Assembly: GCF_009914755.1 (NCBI RefSeq)
Contig: NC_060932.1
Length of the DNA: 64,000 nucleotides
Strand: one strand, 5' to 3'
DNA from: the human T2T-CHM13v2.0 reference genome, Homo sapiens
Shown here piece by piece: positions 53,423-64,000 of this stretch (position 1 is the first letter of the stretch; every line of letters starts with the position of its first letter). Under the pieces are notes generated by a model that saw nothing but the letters and a program-made list of their open reading frames with translations, ran no database searches and was not told the DNA's origin. The position numbers and the translations under genes were made by a program.

Positions 53423-54223
53423 CACACAATGGTAAGTATTTGTGTATCTAAACATATCTAAATGTTTAAAAGGTACAGTTAAAACACAGTATAAAAAATT
53501 AAAAATAGTGTACTTGTGTAGGGCACTTACCATAAATGGAGCTTGCGGAACTGGAAGTTGTTCTGGGTGAGAGAGTGAGTGAGTGGTGAGTGACTGTGAA
53601 GGCCTTGGATTTACTGTATACTTCTGTATACTTTATAAACACTGTACAATTGGGCTACACAAAATTAATAAAAATTTTTTGTTCTTCAATGTTAAATTAA
53701 CCTTAGCACACTGTAACATTTTTACTTTATAAACTTTTTAATTTAAAACATTTTTGACTCTATTGTAACACTTAACTTAAAATACAACACATCTTACAGC
53801 TGCACAAAAATATTCTCATTCTTTGTATCTTTAGTCTATAAGCTTTTTACTATTTTTAATTTTTTTATTTTTTTTTTAGTTTTAAACTTTTTAATTAAAA
53901 ACTAAGACATGAGCACACACATTAGCCTATGCCTACACAGGGTCAGAATCACTAATATCACTGTCTTCCACCACCACATTTTGTATCCCTGAAAGGTCCT
54001 TCAATGACACACATGAAGCTGTCATCTATAATAACAATGACTTCTGGAACACCTCTGAAGGGCTTGCATGAGGCTGTTTTATTAACATTTTTTAAACAAG
54101 TAGAACAAGTATACTCTAAAATAGTGATAAAAAGTATAGCATAATGAATACATAAAGCAATAACATATTAGTTTATTTTCATTATCCAGTATTCTGTACA
54201 TAATTGTATGTGCTATATTTTTA

Positions 54224-57200
54224 AAAAATTTTAGATTCAAGGGTACATGATTGGGTTCTGTTTTTATCCAATTTGCTACTCCATATTTTTGAAGCGAAGT
54301 ATTTAGGCGATTTATGTTCTAAGTTAATACATGAAGTTTTGTTCCTATCATAGTGTTGTTATTTAGTTGCCTTAGAGTTTCAATTGTGTAATTGCTTTAT
54401 AGGATCGATGAGCTTTCTACTACATGTGTTTTTATGATGGCAAGTATCATTCTTTTGTTTCCATATTTAGAACTCCTTTAAGCATTTCTTGTAGGTCTAG
54501 TCTAGTAGTGATGAATTCCCTTAGCATTTGCTTGTCTGGGAAATACTTAATTTCTCCTTCATGTATAAACTCTAGTTTGGAAGGATATAAAATTCTTGGC
54601 TAGCATTTTCTTTCTGTAAGAAGGTTAAAAATAGGCCCAAAATATCTTCTGGCTTGTAAGATTTCTGCTGAGAAGGCTACTGTTAGTCTGATGAGATTTT
54701 CTTTACAGGTGATTTGATATTTCTCTCTACCTGCTTTTAAGATTTGTTCTTTCATGTTGACGTTAGGTAGTCTGATGATGATATCCCTTGTATAGCATCC
54801 TCCAGGTATTCTTTGAACTTCTTGGAACTGGATGTCATACCTATAGCAAGATTGGGGAGATTTTCCCATTCCCTCAAATATACTTTCAAACTTTTTAATG
54901 TTTATTCTTCTATCTCAAGAATGTATATAAGTTGTAGGTTTTTAAACTTTCATTAATCCCATATTCTTTGAAGGATTTGTTCACTTATAAAAAATTATTT
55001 ATTTTTGTCTGACTGGGGTAATTTGAAAGACAAGTCTACAAGGCTGGAAATTTTTCTTCTGTTTGTTCTAGTTTATTGTTAAAGCTATCAACTATGTTTT
55101 GAAATTCTTTTAGTGAATAGTACATTTCTAGAAGTTCTATTTGTTTTTTTAAATATATCTATCTTGTCATTCATCTTCTAAGTTGTTTTCTTATTTCTTT
55201 ATGTTTGCTTTCAACTTTCTCTTGGATCTCATTAAGTTCCTAACATTCCATATTTTCAATTCCTTATCTGACATTTCAATTTTCATTTTGGTTAGGATTT
55301 ATTGCTAGAGAGCTAGTGTGGCCCTTTGCATGTGTCATGACCCTCTGTTTCTTCAAGGTTTTGGGGTTCCTCTGCAAGTTTCTTCTCATCTGGAGGTGCT
55401 GTCACTTCTTATTTTTGAATCAACTTTCATTTGGGTGGGGATTTTCCCCCTTGAGGGTGTGATTGTTGCATATGTTGGATAAGATCCTTTGGCTTTGCTT
55501 CTGTGCTTTTAGAAGGCCAAGGTTCTGTATGAATTCCTTGGTTATACATAGCCTTAAAGTAGTGGATTTTCCTCAAATGCTAGTTGTTTTTAGGTTGTAG
55601 CAGCAGTGGCTTGTGGATAATGTCAGGCTCACTGTCTCCTACAGAGACGGGGAGGTGGAGGTCTCAGGAGGCTTATTTCATTCCCCAGTGCTGTGCTCGT
55701 CTGTCAGTGGAATTATATTGGGTTTTACAGTTCACCCTAAAGGACAGTAGGTGGTGACTCTGGGTAAGATCTGGCTGTGGCTGTACAATGATGTCAGCAG
55801 GAGTTGTGGTGGGCCATGCAGGTTGATCCTCTGGCTAGTAAGTGGTACTTGCAAAAGAGTCAGTTGCAGTGATGGCAGTGGAATTTTTACTTGGCCTTTG
55901 TTGAGAAGGGGAAGTACCATGCTAACTCTGGTGACGAACAAGGCATGGGGCTCCCAGGTTGTCCCATTCTATGCTCTGCCACGAAGGCAGCTGGAGGGGG
56001 AAAGCTGGGTATGGCTGGGTTGGGAAAGCCTGTAACCAGGATCCCTGAGGTATATGCAAGTACCAACCTTGGTAGACATCTAGGTGCAGCTCTTAAGCTG
56101 CTGGAACAATACTCCAGGGAGGGGGAGAGGCTCCTCTCTGGCACCACAGAGCCTGCTCAGTGTTAGAGGGAATGACAAGGGTTTTCAGCCTAGCAGATGA
56201 CCATGTGGTCTACCCAGCTCTTACAACCCCAACTCAATGGGTCTCCATCTGGCATCTGGCCCCAACAACAGGTCCAATCAGTTAGGCTGGTTCCAAGCCA
56301 TCCATATCCAGATTGCTGAGCCATTCAGGTTTCTGGACTGCTAGGCTCCCCATGGCAGAAACTGCAGTTCTCCTCCCTGGTCCAGTCTCACAAAGGGAGC
56401 AGCGACCACCTCCCTCATCACCACACAAACCCACACTACATGCTTGTCTGTGTTCTGACAGTGAGAGCTCTTTCCCCTGTTGAGATAAGGCCATGGCTCT
56501 CATCTCCATACCCCTGGGTGGTGTGCTCAAGGCCTGGGGAACTGGAACCAAGCTAGTGGATTGTTCCACTGGCCCCTCAGGGCCAAGTACCAGCTGTGAT
56601 TGGGGGTGAACTGTCCCCAGGCTGCCAACAAAACATTAAGGTGGGATAATGGTAGTGGTGCTATGGTCTGCCCCTGTAGGAACAGCCAGACAAACAGTCT
56701 TAGGAGAGACCTGCAAGCATGGGGCACATGGTTTGGATTTGCCTCGGTCCCAGAGCAGTGGTGGCAAGGCCTCTCAATGGGGTCTGAAAGTGTGCCTGGG
56801 GCTGCTATCTCCTGGCATGGCAGACAGCAGGAGCTGTAATTTACTCTTACTCTTACCTGCCTAAGACAAAACGCAGAGCCTTGTGGGATAGGCACGCAGA
56901 GGTGCATCTTACTGCACTGCCCAGAACACTGGAACGTTTTGGGCTCCATGTGGAAGCCTCTCCATGGTCTCCAGGCAGTTCCCTCTGCCAGTCCAAAGGC
57001 CTGCATAGGTTGTGGGAACTCCTGTATCTGGAATCTCAGAGATCAACAGCAGGATTGTGGTGCTCTTGAGTTCTTTCACTCAGTCTTTCCTTGGGTCCAG
57101 GTCCTGCTCCATGGGCTGGTCCTGGTGCCTGGCAGCACCAAGCCCTGCTTCCGCCCTTCTCAACCATGGTGTCTTCTGACTCATCTCAACTGAATTATAG

Positions 57201-57282
57201 TGTTTCCTCTCAAAAGATCTGTTCCCTTTTGGTCCCTTTCCATGGAAGAGGCACATCCCAGCTGCATCTAGTCAGCCATCTT
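54224..57282 (-). mobile_element. Old primate L1 (L1PB/L1PA13-17 class): 5'UTR, ORF1, ORF2 start and 3' tip only
   Basis: 5' end AAGATGGCTGACTAGATGCAGC; ORF1 peptide IIIRLPNVNMKEQILKAGREKYQITCKENLIRLTVAFSAEILQARRYFGPIF; TSD TGTGCTA(T/C)A(T/C)TTTTA at 54209-23 and 57303-17. Confidence 0.88.
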
Positions 57283-59577
57283 TAGGAATATCTTTATTCA
57301 TCTGTGCTACACTTTTATATCATTGGCAGTACAGTAGTTTTGTTTATACCAGCATCACCACAGACTGAGCTATGATGTTATGTCAGCTACAAAGTCGCGA
57401 GGTGATAGGAATTTTTCCGTTCCATTATAATCTTGCGAGACCACCATTGTATGTGTTTCCTCCTTGATCAAAAGGTCATTATGCAGCACATGACTGTGCA
57501 TCTCTATGCAAGAGTGACACTATGCCAATATAATTAACTGATAGTAATTATTCCTAAACTTTTAAAAGTTGTGAATTCTTTCAAATATTAAAAATATTTA
57601 AGCATTTATTATAATCTTACTTTTATCTTATAAGGAAAAAGTAATTTACTCTTACAGAAAGTGTATTTATAGACAAAAGTGGTAAGTTCTGTACTTCTAT
57701 ACTTGATGTTACTTTAGTCTTAGCAGTTATAAGCAACAGACTTTAAATTGTGTCATTATATGATTGTTATGATTACTTTGATCTTGTTTAATTTTTAAAA
57801 GAGTTACCTTTTTACAGCCTGTAGCAATGTCATTTTATGATTCACACTTTCATAGGTAATCATACTGATGGCTCAGAAAATCTTTCTGTATTTTGAGAGC
57901 CCATATTAAATCAATTTATAAAATAAAGAGGAGGGATCAATCAGACAGCAATCCAGAAAACGTTTGTAAATGTATTATACCTTAGGTGTCTTAAGAAAAA
58001 AAAACAAATTGAAAATGAGTTCTACCTTCCAAAGAGAGGCTGTTCTCCTTTTTCACTTTGGCTTCTGTAGCTTGTGGCAGCATTTTGTCCACTGGTCTTG
58101 GTTGACCTGACTCTAGATTTAGATGTCTCGCTGGACCATATTTTATATGTAGAACCTGTATTTTATTACACTTTGAGACTACAACTTCTTGCTTTATTAG
58201 AAAATAATTAAAATGTTGAAAATTAGGTTGGAGAGTTGCCAACCTTTCCGTGGTTACTTAAAGGGCAATGGTTTGATAACATTTGCAACTAGGGAAACAT
58301 TAAGGAGAAAGATGCACAGAAGATGCACTTAAATTTTCTATGAAAATAAAGTCTAAATGTGATTACACACAGAAAAAGTTTTTGTAGCTTGAATGATCTA
58401 CTAAATAGGAAGTTAATTAAAACACAAACTTAACGTAAGATAACTGTCTGTATTTATTGAGCACTGATCTTCATGAACTTCAGATTATTTTTTGACTTGC
58501 CAAAAGTATCTAATATAAATTTTTTAAAAAGTAAAGAAAATTGATAACAATTCATTCTATAGTCAGAATGATATAAGAATCCAATTTTAAAGTGAAGTCA
58601 GAAGAGGAAATTTCATGTACCTCACAAAAATAAATGTATAAAAGTTATTAAAAATATTAAATAAAAATGTTAATCACATTCTGTGTTATTTGATGTTTCA
58701 CAGACTGTAATTGTGTTTCCTTATACACGTTATTTGTGTGTGAATATTAAGATTTTTTATGAATTATAAATTGTTTCTCAGTTTATACAGTTGCTTTTGT
58801 TTACTTTTCAATGTCCTATGCCAAAGTCAAACTCTCTGATTTTTACCAAAATAATAAAATGTATAGAATTTAACATTTTAAATGTTAACTATATTGGTGA
58901 AATGTTTGTGTTTTTACCACCCTTGACAAAAATGATAGCATATTCTTTAAGATCTTAAAACAATGAATCAGCATTTTAAATGAATGTTAAATTTAAAGGT
59001 AATTATTTGGCACTATTATAACTCATTCCTTATGAACATTGAGGACTCATAGATAATGACATGATAAAAAATTAGAATTTAACAAAAATGTTTACCAAAA
59101 ATAATATATTTGCCAAAAAATAAAAAGTCTATTGACTGGATGTGAAAACTTGAGTGTATTATACTGCACTGCTAATTTCTTTTTGTTATTTTAGTAGTTT
59201 ACAATCAAAGCCTTACATGCAAAAGATGATGCTCAATGGTTCATGCTCAGAAACCAGCAAGACAAGCCTAAGAGAGATTCCCTATTCACCTCTACACTTT
59301 CCCAACGTCAACTCAACTGCTCATTTTCTACCAGTAACACTCCTTACCCTTGGTGTGTGCTTATGTATGTAGGTGTGTTTGTGTGTGGGCATGCACACAA
59401 GTAGGCACACAATAGTATTTGAACTTAGGTATTATCACTTACATTTTAAAATTTCCTCAGTTAAACTGAAATAATCTAATTCTCTATTTGCCTTAATTTG
59501 CAATGAGAAAAATAATGACTGGTTTATTTTTATGTTCAGAATACTTTTTCCCCAAAACAATTGTTGTGTATGTAATT

Positions 59578-59692
59578 AAGTACTATAAACTGTTTGAAGG
59601 CAGTGACTGAATTTTGATATTGTCAGTATCTCTCCCGGTGGAAAACAAATATCAGATATTCAAGAATGACTTAATGAATGAATGAATGAATG
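59578..59692 (+). mobile_element. L2 3' end with (TGAA)n tail
   Basis: CTATAAACTGTTTGAAGGCAG...AATGAATGAATGAATGAA. Confidence 0.65.
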
Positions 59693-59739
59693 GACTGTCC
59701 TGCTAAGAAAAAGCATTTTTCTTATTTTTTAAAAGGGAT

Positions 59740-60005
59740 TACTGGATGGAAATAAAAAATAAATAGCACTTAGACTGTCACCGGAATTTAATATAGCATT
59801 TGACCAGCTTTCTCATAATATATTTGTAAAAAAATTTATATAGAGGAACATAGATGAGATTTTAATGCCAATTACGTTGACTAGTGAGTGATTAATCTAT
59901 TATCAAGATCGATTAACACCAATTTTCAGACTAGGATGGAGGTCTTTAAATGGACACTCTCTATTCTTGATCCTGCCCTGTTCAATATTTATATGAAGAA
60001 GATAA
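59740..60005 (+). mobile_element. L3/CR1 LINE RT fragment
   Basis: EFNIAFDQLSHNIF (cf. DFSKAFDKVSHDIL) and SILDPALFNIYMKK (cf. SVLGPVLFNIFIND). Confidence 0.7.
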
Positions 60006-60369
60006 GGAAGCATATTTGTGGAATTTGTACAGTGATTGAATTTTTATTCTGCATACTTTTATTCACACACACTCTATCTGCTCTCCATATTTTCCAGAAT
60101 GTGATTTCCAAAGCTGGATAAAAAGTGTACTTGGTCCTCCAGGGCTAAATATAACATATGTAGAAAATAGTGCTTCTAAGATTTGAAGCAACCATTTTAT
60201 GATAAACTAAAATACCTCATCAATTTTTAATGTTATTTGACATTCAAAATACACACCCAGAATAAGTAAAAACAAATAAAAGCAATAGCAAAAAGGTTAA
60301 CTTTTATATCATCTCCCCAGACATGCCTTTCTCTATATAGGTCAGGTTTCTTGCTTTTTGATAATTAAG

Positions 60370-60865
60370 TTCTAGATTCATCCATGTTGTCACAATAACA
60401 ATTTGAACCTGTAAGAAGTTATGGTAAGTGAAATAAGCCAGAAACAGAGAAACTACTAAAAAGATCTCATTTATATGTGGAAACTAAAAAAGCACAAACT
60501 CATAGAATTAGAAAGTAGAATAGTGGTTACCACAGGCTGGGAGGTGGGAGGTGGACAGGGAAAGGAGAAATGTTGTTCACAGGGCACAAAAATTTAGTTA
60601 GACAGGAAGAATAGGTTCTGATGATCTGTTGCATAGCATGGTGACTATAGTTAATAAAAATGTATTGTATATTTCAAAATAATGAAAATAGTAAATTTTA
60701 AATGTTCTCAGCACAAAGAATTGAAAAGCATTTGAGGTGGTGGATATGTTCATTGGCCTGATTTGATCATTTCACATGTATATACGTCTCAGAACATCCC
60801 ATTGTACCCCACAAATACACATACTTATTATTTGTTCACTAACAATAAAATAAAACTTTAAAAAG
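60370..60865 (+). mobile_element. L1MA6/7-like 3' end with 26-bp 5' inversion
   Basis: TAGTTAGACAGGAAGAATA..GCATGGTGACTATAGTTAATAA; TSD AAT(T/C)AAG(T/A)TCTA at 60363-74 and 60866-77. Confidence 0.88.
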
Positions 60866-61084
60866 AATCAAGATCTAAAAACACCTTGAGAACTAAGAGT
60901 TCTGATTTTTTTAAAAAAAACGATAAATATAAAGGCACTACATGTAAGTGAAAATAAGCATAGGAAAAAATCCTAATAACCAAAAAAAAAAATATACGAC
61001 TTAGTACAATCTATGATGGTCCCTTCTAATCCAGCTTTATCCTAATTATATTGAATGTTGGCTATTGATGGATCAGACCTACAG

Positions 61085-61978
61085 TGTCACAGGATCTTTA
61101 AGGTGTTGCTTTGCCAGCCAGAAACCTCGTGGCTGGCGGCACCTCAGTTTGAGTTTTCCCCGTGCCCACTGGGCTCATTCCACCCACTCAGCCCGGCAGG
61201 ATGTGCTTGGCTCGTCCTACTGGCCCACAGCCCATGCCTGACAAGGATAAACCAGGTGTGGAGCTGCAGGGAGTGTGTGAGTGAGCAAGCGTGGGGTCCG
61301 GTCACTGCACACAGCCAGGCACACTGGCTGCTGCGGCAGGGCGGGCAGCTTCAGATGCCGGCACAGGTATCGGCTCCATGCGAGGCTGTTGCTGGACCAG
61401 ATGTACCACAAGCAGCTTCTACTGTAGGCACCTGCACCTGGAGGAACGTGGCAGCACTCAAAAGCTTGGAGATGCCAGGAGCCACAGAGGCCCAAAGAAG
61501 GTGTTAGCCCTGGCTTGGGATCCCCGAGGTCTGGGCTCCCAGAAGGGCTGCAGCTCCTCTTTCCTTCTCATTGCCTGCAGTCTGGCGAGCTGAGGGTGTG
61601 CGTCCAGGGGGGCCGCGTTTCAGCCCATTTGTGTTACTGGGACACGTCCACATCTTTGCTTCACTGTGGAGTGGGTGCAAGGACTGAGGAGAGGCCAGGG
61701 AGCAGGAGCAGGCACTTCCAAGCCTACGGGGGCCGGGGGCTTCCCAGGCCCCCAAGAGTGCAGGAATGCCTGGGTCCAGAGCCACAGCTGGGCAGCTGCA
61801 GCTGCGCCCGGGAGTTCGGGCTCCCACCCTGCCAACTTGGTAGGGCATGGGGCTCCCACTAGGATCATCTGTTCCTGGCCCCCACTGGCTCCATGGAGCA
61901 CGCAGGCCCAGCCGAGCCTCTCCCGCTGCAGCTGGCGTCTTTGCAGTGGCCACTGCAGACAGTCTTCTGCCGCCATCA
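61085..61978 (-). mobile_element. MER52-family ERV1 LTR, internally deleted
   Basis: Minus strand starts TGATGGCGGCAG..GCAAAGACGCCAGCTGCAGCGGGAGAGGC and ends AAAGCAACACC..GATCCTGTGACA; GC-rich. Confidence 0.88.
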
Positions 61979-62156
61979 CAAGCACACTAGGAACCCTCTA
62001 CAAAAGTCAGTGAAGTGTCCAAATAATCTGTTTCCATTTGTGTAGTGTCTCAGAGAGAACACCATCTGGTATCCAGGAGAGTATATATCTATTGCACTGA
62101 AAATATTCTTTTTATAATGCTTAACTCATCATATATCTAGAAAGCCTAGTGCCTAG

Positions 62157-62212
62157 GTTTTTGTTGTTGTTGTTTTGTTTGTTTGTTTGTTTTTTCAGTT
62201 AGTTGGTTGGTT
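62157..62212. repeat. (GTT)n/(GTTT)n
   Basis: Direct reading. Confidence 0.8.
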
Positions 62213-62349
62213 TTTCCTTATTGATCCAGTCCCTGGTTTTCTCTCTTCTATGAGAGGTAGGAAGGAAAACTGATATTTTTATCAATTTTACTTTACAACA
62301 ATAATACAAAGACAAATTAACACACATTATAGTAAATTGAGTTCAAAAC

Positions 62350-63890
62350 AAAAGTTGAACAAATACCTATTGTGTAACCTTTGAATCCAAAACTGCATAA
62401 AATACTGGGAAATGTGAGGAAGATGTGCTATGTTCAAAAAGCAAATAGAAGATTTAGGGAGACAGACAGGAATTCAGGTAATTCCAATACTCTGTCACTG
62501 CTGCTATGATAGAAATATGCACAGAATATTATAGCAAAATGGAGAAGACACTGTCTTAACCTAATCTGCAGGGACTTATGAAAGATTTCCTCTAGAAGAT
62601 AATTCCTGAGTTTCATCTTTAAACCTTTTCACATTTGACCTGAGAATACTTGCTGTTTGCACTTGTGGCTGCAGTGTTTACCCCGAGATAACTTTGCCAC
62701 AAAATATCTCGCTTATATTATTATTTTCACATTGCTCTAGTATATCAACTTTGGAAAGAAAAGACATCATTCTATTTATAAAATTCTGTTTTTAGTGTTA
62801 TTTCCATTCACAAAATGTAGTAATTCTCGATTGCTGAAAATGTCAAATCCTAGAAAATGTACCATTCCTATGCATGATGTTAACATCGTTCTCGAACCAT
62901 TGTTGGCTGAAGATTGATTTGATGAATCTGATTTTTCCAAAATAGATGATTCTTATGACTCAGACTATTCTGATGTTATGTTTAGAAATAAACTCCAAGA
63001 ATAGTTTTTATATTTTATTTTCACATTGAAAATCAGTCAGATTTGCTTCAGCGTTAAAGAGTGTGTTTATGTAAAATTAAATGAGTGCTGGCAGAGAGCT
63101 GCACATTTTTTCTAAATGGGAAAAAGAGGCTGAGTTTAACTGAACCAAGCAAATAAACAAAATGGTATGATTTGTAGCATAATTTTTGCCACAGAAATGG
63201 CATTATTTGAAGCATGATCTTTGAAACTTTATTTATACATGTATATTTGAATAGTCCAATATTTCTCATGTAGAAAATGTCATCGAGATGAATGTGGAGC
63301 CATGGAATGGAGAGAATAAAGTTGGATAGTTTCTTAGGGGTCAAATTGAAGGGTTTTGTGTGTCATGCTAACAGAGTACATTTTATTTTATGGATACATT
63401 TAAAAACAGAGATATAGTCAAATACTAACTTTAGTTATATTTCTATGTAGTAAAAATTCAAGGGGGTCTGGGAAAATAGGGAAACCAATTACTACAATAG
63501 TCAACAACTCACTACAATAGTCCTGGCAAAAGATGGCAAAAGTCTGAGACCCAACAATGACGGATGAGAAGGAACTAAGTAGAAAATAATTAGTAGGTTA
63601 GATTATAATAGGATGTTGATTAAATGAAGAAATTGAGAAAAAAGTCAGGAGGCAAGAATCATCTAAATTTTTCAGAATTGGGTGATGGGGGGGTAATTAT
63701 ACCACTAAATAAATTAGAAAGCCAATGATATTGTTCAATATTTAGATGTTTTGAATTAGAGTTAATTATGAGACATTAAATTATTGATATTTATGAAAAC
63801 TTTGAATTATGGTTTTGAGACCCTCAAATTTCTGGTTTTGAGACCCTTAAGAGACTAAAACTGAAAAGATATTTTAGGCAGTTATAAGCA
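62350..63890 (-). mobile_element. L2 remnant interrupted by MER75
   Basis: AACAAATACCTATTG, GAAAGATTTCCTCTAGAAGA..CTGAGT before MER75; TGTGTGTCATGCTAA, ACAATAGTCCTGGCAAAAGATGG after it. Confidence 0.6.
62623..63129 (+). mobile_element. MER75 piggyBac non-autonomous element
   Basis: TTAA|ACCTTTTCACATTTG..GTTTACCCCGAGATAACTTTGCCAC..TAAATGGGAAAAAG; encodes MSNPRKCTIPMHD..LLAED* from ATG 62840, similar to the PGBD4 N-terminus. Confidence 0.92.
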
Positions 63891-63901
63891 CAGAGAAGGC
63901 A

Positions 63902-64000
63902 CAAATGCTCCTCAACTTACCATGGGATTACATCCTGATAGTCATCGTAGGTTTGGAAATATTGTATGTTGAAAATTAATTTAATACACTTAACCTCCCA
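63902..64000 (+). mobile_element. MER47/Tigger5 left end (runs off the window)
   Basis: CAAATGCTCCTCAACTTACCATGGGATTACATCCTGATA..TTTAATACACTTAACCT. Confidence 0.8.

Larger units (their letters stand above)
52920..57496 (-). mobile_element. Tigger3b-like element with both TIRs, hosting an Alu and an L1
   Basis: CAGTCATATGTTGCTTAAC ... GTCATTATGCAGCACATGACTG; Tigger sequence resumes after the Alu (53423) and after the L1 (57303). Confidence 0.9.

Noticed and set aside
55732-57285. Dense ORFs and GC-rich island as a gene or promoter
   Set aside because: This is the 5'UTR of the minus-strand L1; high GC lowers stop-codon frequency
61055-62013. 150-aa ORFs on both strands
   Set aside because: Essentially confined to the GC-rich MER52 LTR

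Overview
This is AT-rich primate (very likely human) genomic DNA that looks intergenic or deep-intronic. It is dominated by decayed transposable elements: about 11 Alu/FRAM SINEs, L1 fragments from L1PA4/5 to L1ME, L2, MIR, an L3/CR1 remnant, solo LTRs (LTR40 x2, MLT1E, MER66 x2, THE1D, MER21, MER52) and DNA transposons (Tigger3 x2 plus a fragment, MER94, MER3, MER5, MER75, MER47). I can support no intact protein-coding gene, RNA gene or CRISPR array; the ORF track is repeat-derived or chance. I found no convincing new biological system. The real oddities are structural: an ORF1-only L1 with intact 5' end and TSDs but almost all of ORF2 deleted; an inverted L1 with an unexplained perfect 21-bp duplication; a 3'UTR-only retrocopy with TSDs (parent not identified); an inverted locally templated Tigger3 patch; an LTR inserted antiparallel inside a related LTR; a possible short L1 3' transduction; several perfect palindromes; and two weak minus-strand exon candidates. 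Repeat family and subfamily calls come from recalled consensus motifs, not a RepeatMasker run, and boundaries of old elements are approximate.
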